64,000 nt of DNA from the human T2T-CHM13v2.0 reference genome, Homo sapiens: assembly GCF_009914755.1 (NCBI RefSeq), contig NC_060931.1; one strand, written 5' to 3'. Both the position numbers and the translations under genes were made by a program. The number at the start of each line of letters is the position of its first letter. Position 1 is the stretch's first letter. Positions 29,076-41,888 of this stretch are shown piece after piece. The notes beneath the pieces were generated by a model. That model was not told the DNA's origin. It did not search any database and was given only the letters and a program-made list of their open reading frames with translations.

Positions 29076-30189
29076 TCTATGATTTTTAATAGTAAAACAT
29101 GTTTATCCTCTAAAATTGAGTTATAAATAATATTCTATTTGCCAGCCCTATTGGGATTAAGAAAAAAATAGAGCCAGGGGATTAGAGAGGGTTTCAAGGC
29201 TAAATTTAAGGAAGTATTATTTTATCTTTGGAAAGATGTTTGATTACTTAGCTAATTATTGTCACCATGCTTTAAAATAACCTGTCTTATGATTTGGTTG
29301 CTGTTGGCATTATGCTTTATTTTAAGAGGGCTCCACTAAAAATCAGGGAGGTGGTAACTCTGTCCAGAACACCAAAATTTATAATTTCGTGAATTCCTGA
29401 AGCCACTGCTGTAAAAAAATACATGTCTTATATATTTACATTCATATCTGAATGGTCTTTATAATATTCATAATGCAGTTTTTTGGTTTCCATTATACAA
29501 TGCCAGAGGGGGTAAATGAGTTAGGACAGCTTTTAAACCAAAGAGTTTGGATTGCCAGATCATTACAAAAAACACAGGAAGATTTGAAAATTACACAGGG
29601 CTTTGCAAAGCTGTGGAGCATGAGCTCTGCCTTCGCTTGCCCTGTATAGTCAGAGAGCGTTACTAATACACAAACCAGACTTAGGATTGCTTTGGGCTGT
29701 AAATTTTCCTTGGTTCCAGTCAGCCAGAGTGGTGGGATGAAGGAGAGAATTACTGTTCAACTCACATGTTTTGAAATAAGCCCACTTATGCTAACATTAT
29801 TTCCTCCTACACAAAATAAAACAAACAAGCAAAAGGTCTTAAGGAAAGAATGAACTCAAATCTTCTGTTGGAGTTTGTTATAGAAAAAGCAGAATTCCAG
29901 TAAGCTGCCTATGGCAAAGGAATAAATATGTTCCTCAGACTAGAAGTACAGAGTAATATTAAAGATTATAGCTAGAACTATTTTCTTACCTAACACAAAT
30001 TATATCTGTGTCCTCACAACTTACCTATTAATTATTCCCTGAAGCAGAGCTGAAAGGCACTATGAATCCTTCGCATCTGTTCCAAGGAATGACCATCTCT
30101 GCTGGATGGCACCAATGTCTCTTGACCCTGCAATTTCTTTGATTCTGTGAATTGTCACGACATTTTGTCAAGTTTCCTTTCCTACATTT

Positions 30190-31300
30190 ATTTGGATTTA
30201 TTTATTTTCTGTCATATTGATAAAGTGTTCACTGTGTGCAGGGCATCCTGTAGTTGTAAGAAAAATAGGAATGATTAAGACACCTTCCTGGGCCATGAGA
30301 AACATGTCATCTCATAGAGATGCTGTAGTGGGAATACAGTGAACCAGGACATAAAGCTGAAAAATGTCACTGGGATGGGAGTCAAAAAAGAAGGAGGCTC
30401 CTGTGTTGGGGACATGCAGAAAATCCTTACAGAGAAAGTAGGATTTGAAATGGATCGCAAAAGGTGGAAAGAATTTCTATAGATGCATATTGTGAGGGAG
30501 AAATGGGGAGTTTCATGCTCAAGAGACATGATGAGGCAAGGGTGTGGTTGCATGGAGATTTGGGGCATAAATAATGCATATTTCGTGGCCAGTTGTGGCT
30601 GGAGTACAGTACAAAGCCAGGAGAGATAAGGCCTAAACATCTGAAAAGACTGCCCTGAGATCATATATCATGGGGGAAGTTTTTGGGCCAAGCAGGGCTG
30701 TGATCAGAGTGGGGTGGCAATGTCAAAGGCGTTAAGTGAGAAGGACTGAAGGTCAGAATTATAATGCTATGTAGACATAAAAATGGGAGAAGAGCTGGGA
30801 TCTATAGCACTTGATCACTATTGAGAGCAAAGGAAAAGTAGCCAAGTTATTTTGCATCTATGGCCTCAGAGCCAGGAAGAGGAAAAGTTGCTTTGGATGG
30901 GTGTCTGAGATTTTGAGCTTCTGTAACTTGGTGAATCTTGTTTTCATTACAGAAAGAGGAGAATCTGAGGCAGAGGCTGGTTTGGACTTCAGCAATGATG
31001 TGTATTGTTTTAGACATTAATTTTGCAATGCTGGTGAGATACTCAGGTGGGAATGTTCAAGAGGCACTTGGAAATACAGGCAAAGATTGCTGGATAGAGA
31101 TCAAGAATAGAGACATAAATTTGGGATAAATGTTTATGTAGATTACGGCTGAAGCCAAGAGAGTGGAGGATGAGAAAGAAGATGGAAAGAATCTCAGGGA
31201 ACACCTACATTAATGGTGAGTCAGAGAAAAGAAACCAGTGAAGGAGGCCAAAGAGGAGACGAGATGAAGGAGAAGCAGAGACTGAAACATCACAGAGGCC
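30190..31300 (-). mobile_element. L2 fragment
   Basis: Antisense L2 motifs (agaaagtaggatttgaaatgg, ttttagacattaattttgcaatgctggtgagata, gagacataaatttggga). Confidence 0.7.
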
Positions 31301-31369
31301 AAGAGCTGGAGGGAGGAGCACATCGTCAGAAGTGTGCAATGCTACAGGCAGAGGAGGGTCGCTCCATCT

Positions 31370-32030
31370 TCCACACTCTCTTGCCAGCCTCAGCTCTCAG
31401 GAATGGAGAGGCCTGCAAAAGGTTTCTGCTTTCTCTGACTCCAATCTCTCCATCTCCAGCCCACACCACTACCACTCCCTAATTAATTTTCTAAAATACT
31501 GTTTTCATCTTGTCATCTCCTGGCTGAAAAACCTGCAGTAGCTCCCTCTTGCCTATGGAAATTCAGATGTTGAGCCTGTATTCAGGCTCAATTATTCAGG
31601 CTCCATTAATTAACACCATCTTATCTGCCTGGCTTTCTCTTTCATTCATCTCCCATACATTTTGTTCGCGCCAGGCCAGGACTCTCGCTGTCACAACACA
31701 AGCCACGCACGTTTTGACTACCATGCATACATTTTTTCCAGTTTCTCTGCTTTCAATCCCATTTCCCTCCTCCCTGCCAAGACAGACACTATGCCAACAT
31801 GGAAATTGAAATAAAGCTTCTCTGCTTCATTCTCTTCCCTTATAGTTTGGAACCCATTCTAGCCTTAGGGCCTATTCATTTATTACATTATTATTATTTT
31901 CTTAATTATTTGAGAATTTTTAAATACAAATTACAACATTTCTAAAAACAACAAACAAGAGTTTTATTTCTCTGTATCCTAAAAGCATCCAGCAAAGCAT
32001 GGATTGCACGGCAGATATTTACATGTTAGA
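31370..32030 (+). mobile_element. L2 fragment
   Basis: ttttctaaaatactgttttcatcttgtcatctcctggctgaaaacctgcagtagctccc is a sense L2 motif. Confidence 0.65.
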
Positions 32031-32755
32031 CTGGGACTATTTGGACTTATCTATTGAATGTGATCTAAGGTGTTGGTAATTGCCCAAGGTATGCTCCAAG
32101 GTACTTCCATTACAAAACACCAATTCCACCATCTGCCACTTTTGCAGATTCATTCATTCAAATCATGAAGTCTTTAATGCTGTGCTATGAAGACAGTGAC
32201 CTAATAGGGTAGCCATTACCAAATAGCTCCATTTTCACAGAATGCTGTATTGGATGGTGGTGTTTTCTGTGTTCCAAATTTCGCTATAGAATGAGAAAAC
32301 CCTTATAAGAAGTTAAATCTTATTAACTACCTCTTGAACATTTAAGAGGGGCAACTGGAAAGAAATAGCAGAGGACACCTGAAGACCAATGTTACCTGCT
32401 TTGAACTGTGCCTCCCAGTATCCTGGAGTTTCTTTTTTGCAGGAGAAAGTAGCCATTTTGTAAAACCAAAGTATTCATTTTTGTCTTTCATTCCCTACCA
32501 TCACCATCACTCTTGGGGAGCAATATTGCTCCTAACTTTTCTTTGGAGGAATAGTTTCCACCCCTAAACTGGCATCTTCAGGTAAGCTGTAGGTCCATTC
32601 CTAGGGAAAATCAGGACCAACATGAGGCTGGAGGGAAGCAGGGCCTTTGGAACGTGCTCGATACCAAGCTGTGATTGGCACCTGGTTCCCAAACTTGGCC
32701 CAGGTAGAGAGCAGTGAAATATCTGTATGGGACATTTTTCAAAAGACGTAGTTTG

Positions 32756-33030
32756 TACTTGGGAGGCCGAGGGGGGGGGGTGGATCACTTGAAGTCAGGA
32801 GTTCAAGACCAGCCTGGACAACATTGTGAATCCCTGTTTCTCCCAAAAAAAAAAAAAAAAAATTAGCTAGGCATGGTGGTGTGTGCCTGTAGTCTCAGCT
32901 ACACAGGAGACTGAGGCAGGAGAATCGCTTGACCCCAGGAGGCAGAGGTTACTGTAACCTGAGATTAGGCCACTGAACTCCAGCCTAGGTGACGAAGTGA
33001 GACTGCCAAAAAAAAAAAAAAGAGAGAGAG
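32756..33030 (+). mobile_element. 5'-truncated AluS with an (AG)n after the tail
   Basis: Alu dimer. TSD-like agacgtagtttg / agagatagtttg. Confidence 0.92.
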
Positions 33031-33788
33031 AGAGAGAGATAGTTTGCATTATAGGCTCCTTAATGTCTGGAATTCAATGTGGTTAAAACTAGAAATGAAC
33101 TAAGCCTTGACTTTGACTAGCAAGGCTCCTTTGCAGGAGCTGGTCTTAGGTATGCGCGGTAAGGAGAGTGTGATGGAGATTTCACCTTCGAGCCTCTTTC
33201 AATGGCTTTGTTTTCCTCTCTCATTCCTTCCTACTGTGACATTCTACAGTTAAGGTTATGGAAGAAAAACGAAGTTGAAAAGACTTTTGTCAGTATTTTG
33301 GGAAAGCTGAAACCCCCTATTTAGTGCCAAGATAAACAAGACAGGGGAGCTAGATTGCAACATTCTCTCACTTGCAGTAGCAGAGAATCCTGCAAGTGAA
33401 TCTCAGTTCAAAATGTGAAAAAAAAAAAAAAAAATCGGAAGCCTCAGGAAGGGCAAAGAAATAATAGAGATCTTTATGAAAACAATTATCTATCCTGGTG
33501 TTGGTGTGCAAATTCAAATACGAAAAGGGCACAATTCAGAGCCAATTGTTGAAGTGGATCTTGGAGAGGCTCCAGGACCATCAATCACTCCCAGGTCATC
33601 ACACTCAAGCCTCATCTTTCCCAGAGATCCTCAATTTGCATTTTAACAAGAAGCAAAACTTTTCGAATCTAGGCCTTCAGAGGCCAAATGAGAAACAGTA
33701 GCTTCTGGAAGGGGATCTACCCAGAGATTCTTTTCCACAGCTTGCTTGATCTAGGTGTGAGAGTGCCAACTCAAGTGACCTCTTAGGC

Positions 33789-33945
33789 CAGTGCTTCCCA
33801 AAGTGCCGACCCTTGACAAACAGCATCAGCATCACTTGGATGCTTGTTAGAAATGAAAATTCTTGGACTCCATCCCAGACTTATTAAGGGAACTACTCAG
33901 GGTGGGATCAGCAATCTACATTGTAACTTAACTTTGGGACCTCTA
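33789..33945. mobile_element. MER5A (hAT-Charlie), internally deleted
   Basis: cagtgcttcccaaagtg...cagcatcagcatcacttgg...cttgttagaaatg. Confidence 0.8.
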
Positions 33946-34225
33946 ACCTAGACCAGGAAATTAGGGCTCCTGCTTTTGACCCTCTCCCTTTCTCCCTCCC
34001 CTTTATCCTTCACCCACTACCTTCTAAATCCCTAAGACTAGAGCTTCTACAGCTCACATGGGGAGCAGCCTTGGCAGAAGGGAAAGAAAGAGTTCTTACA
34101 ATTTGTCAAAAAATCAATAATTAATGGCTGAAAAAGAAGAAATCAACTGGAAAAGCATTCTTTCCAATCTATCAATCGGTGATAGTTGTATGTGTGTTCA
34201 CACTACACACACATACAACTACATA

Positions 34226-34481
34226 GTGTAGTGTAGTGGTGCCAATCACTGGCTATAGGGCCAGAAGCCCTGGATTCAAATCTCAGCTCTGACATCTGCT
34301 TGCTGTGTGACATTGAGCAAAGCATTTTACCTCTCTGCATGTATCTTTATTTCTTAACTGTGAAATAAAGAGAAAAACACACCACCTCATGGGGTGCCAT
34401 ACGAATCGTATGTGTAAATAGATGTGACGTTTTTAGAATAGTGCCTGACACATAGTAAGTACAATCTAATTGTTAGCATTA
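34226..34481 (+). mobile_element. MIR, near full length
   Basis: gtagtgtagtggt...ctggattcaaatctcagctctgac...gtgcctgacacatagtaagt. Confidence 0.88.
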
Positions 34482-34562
34482 AAGTCTAAGAGCTTTATAA
34501 TTTCAAGTCAGCAAAATTGTTAGCTTTCCCCAACTTTTGTTGGCTCAAATAATCTTTGTTTA

Positions 34563-34887
<325 letters not shown>

Positions 34888-36639
34888 GAAGTTTAAGATT
34901 GTGGATAGCTGGGTTATAGTGATAAGTAAAAAGAACCTGAATTTTACTAGGTACTCAAGACTCTTCTTATAAATGCAGGCCACTCCCTTTGTCCTGTCTC
35001 CCCTGAGATATCTCCAGAAAGCAGGGATACACCCTTCCCAGAAAGCACTTAAGTGGAAATGGAAATTCCAGGTCAGCCTACTGCAGGGAGAGGCTTGGGG
35101 AGGGAAGCTGGTGCTCCAAGTCTGCCTGGCACCATGAAGTCCACCGCAGGGCTTAACTGGTTTTTATATTTTTACTCAAGAAACCCAGAAGGCGGGTGCT
35201 GAAGGAAGAAACAGGAGGAGGCTGGAGATTGGGTAGACAACGGGAGGGTGGCTGTGCTCCAGGCAGTCCTCAGAGAGGAGCCACTGCTCCTTTGTCTGGA
35301 CAATACAGACTGCAGGGCTGTAATATGAGTGGGAACTGGGCAGGGAACCGGGCGACACAATCAAAGGGCTCAGGCTCCGCAAGACCAGTTCCCTTCAGCG
35401 TCAGTTTACTGTGTGACTCCCCAGGGCCCCACCAGGGGAATCAGATGGACGCGAAAGGGGGAATGGAGACAGTTTTTTGGAGACTTTGGTTTCCAATCAA
35501 TTGTTCTACCTGACTGTGATGCTGACTATGCTCCTGACATCCTAAATTTTCTTGAAAACACAGGACCATACTCTCAATGGAGCTAATTTGGCTCCACTTC
35601 CTCCTGTTCTACCTGGTCACACTGCCCATTCAGCCTAGGATTTTGGCTTTAGGACACTGTCCCATTCTGGACAAACCTATCAGCAAACACTCTTGGCTTG
35701 TTCTCTACAAAGATACATATTACAGTAATACTCTATTTTATTTTTTCTTGAACTTCACACCTCTGAGAATAGAGTTTTTTCCAGTCTTTCAAACCACTGA
35801 AAGATATCCTAATTACATGAGAGCAAATAGTTAAACTTGAATAGTTAAACTTGGAATAAAGAGCCATGTGAAAAGGCTAGAGACTGAATTCTAGCTTTAG
35901 CAGAAGAGTTAGGCTGAACCCCATGTACACCCTCTGCCTGGCAAATACTTCATTAATATTTCCTTCAGGATTCTTCTGCATTAAGTTTTCTTCATGTGTA
36001 TGCCAATCTCCATAATTAACCTACACCACTTTGATAAATAAAAAGGAAGTCAGCTCCCCCTTATCCAGTCCCCTACTATATACACGTTTTTATGGCCTGT
36101 CTAATCCCATTCATTTTGTTATGGTTCTGGCAGAGATATCAGTGTCTGGGAAAATAAATTATTTAAAAACCAGTCTGAGACTGAGTCAACACAACATCAA
36201 AAGCACGTATAAATACACCACTATATTGCAGGTTTAAACCATTTGCTTAGAATTTTATGTCAAACAACTTCCGTCTCACTTCTATACATCGATGGGTAGT
36301 AGATCACTGAAACTCATATCACCCCGATTATGAAAATTAATGTCATGAGAACTTTTGAGCCTAGTAGACAGCTCTAATCTCATTGATTTAGCACAGTGGT
36401 TCCCCCAAAGATGGAAACCTCCCAGATATATATGGCGATACCATCCATATTATATGCAATCTGAGAATGCCCTCTCCTTATAGGGTCTCTTACCTACCTG
36501 ATTCCCTCAATGCTATTTAGCTGACAAGGCAGATGGATATTACTGCCTAGTGTTTTTCATAATCCATCAATGGATTTCCAATCTCACCAAGAAGACCACC
36601 ACCTTCTCTCTCTGGAGTTACTGTTCTCCTTCCATCTAG

Positions 36640-37240
36640 CCTTGAGAATCCCTTCACTCCTTGTTCCATAACCCACACATTAGCCCATGATCCTGGTGAA
36701 GTCCAACCATGTCCTTCCACTCCTCAAAACTCTCCATGAGCCCTCAAGATGAAGTTCACACTTCTAAACCTGTGTTAGCAGGCGCTTCTCCTTCTTGCCC
36801 GTTTGCCTTTCCAGCCTCATCTCTTACCCCTCCTTGTCTCCTATTCTAAAAATCAATCAAATTTCCTTCAGGCTCTCAGCTGGGCCATCCTTTCCATCCT
36901 CTGTCCTCTGAATACTCTTGCATGTTCTACTTTCCACCTCTCTCCATCGCCCTCACCTTCCCCTTCAGTTGACTAACTCTTAGTCAGTTTCAGCTTAAAC
37001 ACCCTGACACCAGTAGCAGTCCTTCAATCCTGCCACAGTTCCAGCCCATCTTCCATGGCCTGACTTATCCCAGCCTACCACTGTTGGTTCTCTACTGTGT
37101 GTTTTCCCAGCCTAATTATCTGCATGTGAGACTGAACCATCACTCTGCAGCTGAGACCACATTAGTCCTGCTTACTGTTGTATCCCTCCTGCTAGCTCTC
37201 ACACATCAGGAGAATTAGTCAAGTGCACAAGAGCTTATTG
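36640..37240 (+). mobile_element. L2 fragment
   Basis: catgtccttccactcctcaaaactctccatg... is an L2-like motif. Boundaries approximate. Confidence 0.55.
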
Positions 37241-37729
37241 ATGACATTTTTTGTGGTTTTTCAACCTAGCCTTTTCATGTTACTGCCTTTGATATAGACG
37301 TGTCACTGACTGGCTCCAGGTCAACCTGATTTCACCAGGCCTTCAGTGTGCTCGAGCAATAAGGACTCCTAGCGAGAGCAAGCAGATGTCTCTGTTTTCC
37401 CATGACAATTCCAGTTCATATTCAGTAGAATAGTTACTAGTTCCCTGTTGAATTCTCCAAAGGTTCCCAGATTGGGTGATACATTTTAAGGTCTCCATAC
37501 TGATAGCTCAGGTCCATTCCTTGAACATTCAGGCAAGTTTCAACCTTCCTACAAAGCAGCGATATGGGGAAAAATTAATCAAAGAATTAATAACTTTTCA
37601 GTTAATTCATTTTCTAGGCCACCAGAGTAGCCTCCTGGGAGGGGCTGACACTCATCTTTAAGTAGAATGTACACATGTCACCCAACTATCAATGAATATT
37701 TCAAGCTCTGTTTTTCAAATGCCTTGGGT

Positions 37730-37810
37730 CACATGTATACATATGTAACTAACCTGCACGTTGTACACATGTACCCTAAAACTTAAAGTATAATTAAAAA
37801 AAGAATAAAG
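37730..37810 (+). mobile_element. Extreme 3' end of a young L1PA
   Basis: cacatgtatacatatgtaactaacctgcacgttgtacacatgtaccctaaaacttaaagtataat followed by an A-rich tail. Confidence 0.9.
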
Positions 37811-38379
37811 AAACAAGTACAGATTCAGAATATACTGAACAAATCCACGTGTGCAAGACTCGGAAGAATTTTCTCAATACTCAGGACCATTTATTTACCT
37901 TTGAGGCAGAGCCCAGGAGACATTTACTTTTTTGTTTTGTGTGTGTGTTGTTATTATTGTTTTGAAGGTTTCTTTGTTTTAGATCCCCTGACACTGCCAC
38001 CTTTGTCTTACACTATCTACCCCAACCTCCATCCCACCCCATACGCTGCAATTGAGGAAAAATCTTTTAAAATAATTATCAAGATTGGCTGCTAACTGTG
38101 ATCAAATTCATTAGATAATAGCTAAACTCTACATTTCACTTGTGCACAATGTTTTACTTTTTTCTTTCTCCCTTTCTCTCTCCACTATTCACATGGAAAT
38201 AATGCCATAGTTGTCTAGGGATAAATTTGAGGTGCTCTCCGAGGACCTGGCATATTTCAGAAAACACTGGCAGAGGGTGGATAGGTATCTCTGGCAGCAA
38301 GAGAGACGGGGAAAGAGAGGACAGTAACTCCTTTAAAAGATTTTTTTTCCAAACTAATTATCAGTATTAGTGATTACCC

Positions 38380-40335
38380 CTAAGTAATGTTCATTTTTTA
38401 AAAAATTAGAAGTAGCAAAAAAAGTAAAAATGAGAATATTCTTTATAAAAATAAAGTTGCATACATAATATTATACTCTATATACTCTAAATTGGGGATC
38501 ATAACACGTAAATATTGTATTTTATATTTCCCATTAGGCTGAGAATAATTTCCAATGATGTTGAATATTATTTTGGAACAGCGTTTTGCAATGGAGGATT
38601 TGCATCAGATTCCACTGGAGATTTACGTAAAAACTGACTCCTAAGTCCTGTACCAAATCAAAAAAATCAGAAAGAGCTTGTGGGGGATAGAAGCAGTGAG
38701 TCATGAAGCTGTGGATTCAAAGATCGTCTTGGGTAACTTTGATGTGTAACCCATTTTCTCATTTTAAGAAACACTGTTAGAAACCATGTCTAATAATGAC
38801 ATAGTATTCCATGGATGGATGCAGAGAATTTAACCACTTCCCTATTGCTAGCCTTTTGGGTTATTGGATTTACTAGGTCCCAGGATTTTGCGTTTTTAAA
38901 GCTAAAGTGATTTACTGTACTCCAAAGGTTTTCCACAACTTAAAGTTTAACAGTGTGTGAGAAAGCCTGTCCTATTAACTTCTATATACTTTTAAAATAG
39001 AAACAAACCTTGTCAATCCAATAAATGAATAACAATTTTAATCATGTATTAAATTACTTTGCTTTGTTTTCTAGTAGGTTATATAATTTCTCTGTGTTTA
39101 TTGACCATTTATGTTTTCCAACCTTTCATTCTATTGAGGAGTTCGTCTCTTTTCTTATTAATTTGTAAGATCTCTGTATTTTTAAGGACATAATATTTAT
39201 TTTTTCTTATATTATTGTGATATGTATTAATTATTCTCTTTCTTTTGCCCTTTAATTTTATTTGTTGTTTTGATATGAAGAAGTACAGACTATATGTAAT
39301 CAAATGTAACACTACTATTCTTCATATTTCTTCTTTATGACTATCCTCCTCTTGCATTTAAATAATCTCTTTTTTTCAGGTCTTCTATAGATTAATTCTA
39401 TAATCCATCTGGAATCTATTTTCATGTATGATTTGAAGTACAAGGTATGGTTTATTTCTTTCCAAATGGTTTATCAACTTTTCCAATAACACTTTAATAA
39501 ATAATTCATTTTTAACCCCTCTAATTTAAAATATCAAAATTATATAACAGGATGTTTAGATATAGAGGAGTCTTTCTCATTATTTTCTATTCTGTTCTAC
39601 TGATTGTCTTCTAGCACTAATATCGTGCTTTTTAATAATTGTAGCTTCATACTACATTTTAGTATAGAAAATGCAACTCACCCCTCATTGGTCTTATTTC
39701 TTAAATTTTTCTCACTTAGAATCACTTCAACAAGTTTTAAATATATTTTGATTTCAGTTTTAATTGGAATTGCATTAAGTTTATACAAAATTTAAAGAGA
39801 AATTGCTTTTTTTCAATAACTGGTTTTCCTAAAAAGAAAAATATATTTTTTCATTTAATCAAATTTTGGTTTATGCCACTAAGTAGGGTTTTAGTTTTTC
39901 TGAACTAGGTACTAAATAACTTTATTATTCTTATTGACATATGGTTTATATTTTAGTTGATATTATCAAGTATATTTTAATCAATATTATTCTGAACTGT
40001 GAAATAGAAAAATAATTGATTTTTGTATGTTTATTTTATAACTCAGTACCTTTAAAAATTATTACTAATACTTTTCAGTTGATTCACTTAGGCTTTATAG
40101 ATTGCAAACTATATTTATAAAAAATTTATTTCCTCCTTCCCAAATATTATACTTCTTATGAATTTTTATTGGTTTTTCAATGACCAGACTTTTTATAAAA
40201 ATCATAAGTAATAGTGCTAATGGGAAGCATACTTTTCTGCCTTTTAATAAGAATGTCTTTGGTATTTCACACTAAGCATAAGATCGGCCTTTGGTTTGTG
40301 ATTTCTATACTATTTTTTAAATCAGGTTAAAGAAA
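38380..40335 (-). mobile_element. Old L1 (L1ME/MC-like) with a MER5B-like insert at ~38579-38776
   Basis: Long T-rich diverged ORF2/3' sequence (atccatctggaatctattttc, ttaattggaattgcattaagttta, tttaaatcaggttaaagaa). The insert is bounded by cagcgttt...aaacactg. Confidence 0.7.
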
Positions 40336-40374
40336 TCTTCATTATCATTCTGAGAAAATCCTGGCACTGCGTTT

Positions 40375-40560
40375 ATTTTTTTAACTCTATTCGAACTATT
40401 TTTAGACTTGTAGAAAAGTTGAAAAAAAAGTTGAAAAATAGTACAAAGAGTTTCCATATATTCCTCCTTCAACTTTCTCCAATTTGAACATGTTATATAA
40501 TCATAGCACATTTATCAGAACCAAGAACCAGGAAATTAACACTGGTACAGTATCACTAAT
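40375..40560 (-). mobile_element. L1MB/MC 3' end fragment
   Basis: tttagacttgtagaaaagttgaaaa...agtacaaagagtttccatatatt...aaattaacactggtaca. Confidence 0.7.
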
Positions 40561-41316
40561 GGGTTTTTTGCAGATATATTTGATAGATGATGAATAAAAT
40601 GTTCAAACATGAAAACGTATATATTATAATAAAATCTCTGGGGGAAGTGGAACAGAAATATACACATAAAGAGAAAAAGGAAAGGTGGAGAATTTTGAAA
40701 TTTAAAAGAAGAGCTATTTTCATTTATTCTTAAGTGGAAGATAATGGTTATCAAATTGTTATGATATTTTATTAGATAATTTTAAAGAATGCTTTCATTT
40801 AAACAATTTGATATTTATATTCCAGAAATTACATTATTTTCAATTATTTAAAACTTGATAAAAGTTATCTAATTTGAAATTAGACATCAACTTTGAAATG
40901 TATAAGGCTACGTAATTTTTGAAAATTTTTTTCCAGGCCCACAAGCAACAACCTGGTGACCATTGCTTTACTTTAGTGTGAAGATTCTACTGCATTCAAG
41001 TGTGAAACACTCCATCAGCTCACTAGAAATAGTAATCAAGTGGGTTGTTTGCAAAGATTAGCCCCTCTATTTGAATGAATGAATCCATCTATTCAGGGGA
41101 AATTGTATATTCATAGCCCACACAACATCCTAATTCTAATTTATCTGAACTACTGCAGTGGTTGTGTATAAACTATGGCTCAAATAGTGTAAGCTATATT
41201 GAATGCTTGTTATGATGTGAGCTACCAACTCTCATTTCTGTTAAAAATACAAGGTATTGGGCAACCTCATGTAATTAGTGTGAACTTGAAGTGGTCAGAT
41301 AACACATTATTGCAGT

Positions 41317-41851
41317 TGTAACTGGAAATGGGTCCTGATCCAGACCCCAAGAGGGGGTTCTTGGATCTCACACAAGAAAGAATTCAGGGCGAGTCCACGG
41401 TGCAAAGCAAAAGCAAGTTTATTAAGAAAATTAAGTGGTGAAAGAATAGATACTCCATAGACAGAGTAGAGCATTCCCTGAAGAGAAGGAACACATCACC
41501 CTAAGTACGAAACTTGTTTATATATAGGATAAAATAAGATCATGGGGAGATATGCTCTGCTACAAGGGTTTGTGATAAAGGGTGGATTTTCTTAAGTACC
41601 ATATTTTGCAAGAATTGATAGTATTATCTTCAAAACAAAATTAGGAATGCTTCTGTTCTCAAGATATTGGGATATCAGGACACTCCCAAGTCTGGGTCTG
41701 TTTAGTAAATGCTATCAATCTGTTCCCTTAGCTGTAAACATCTAGAAGCTAGGAATACCTAACTTTCTAGGAATGTAGCCCATCAAGCCCCAGCTTCATT
41801 TTCCTAGCCCTCACTCAAGATGGAGTCACTCTGGTTCAAACGCCTCTGACA
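41317..41851 (-). mobile_element. 3' LTR, MER41 family (MER41C/D-like)
   Basis: Reverse complement starts tgtcagaggcgtttgaaccagagtgactccatcttgag. Preceded by PPT aaagggacggaggagata (41852-41869). AATAAA on the minus strand at ~41418-41423. Confidence 0.92.
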
Positions 41852-41888
41852 TATCTCCTCCGTCCCTTTACAAGAGGACCCTTAATCC

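Noticed and set aside
35150-35480. Slightly GC-rich patch with CCACCAGGGG, possibly a CTCF site or promoter
   Set aside because: Too few CpGs for an island, and the 3' half of the CTCF motif does not match.
35826-35853. Perfect 14-bp tandem duplication aatagttaaacttg x2
   Set aside because: Two units only with no insert between them, so an ordinary slippage duplication. Similar cases occur at ~40413 and ~54683.
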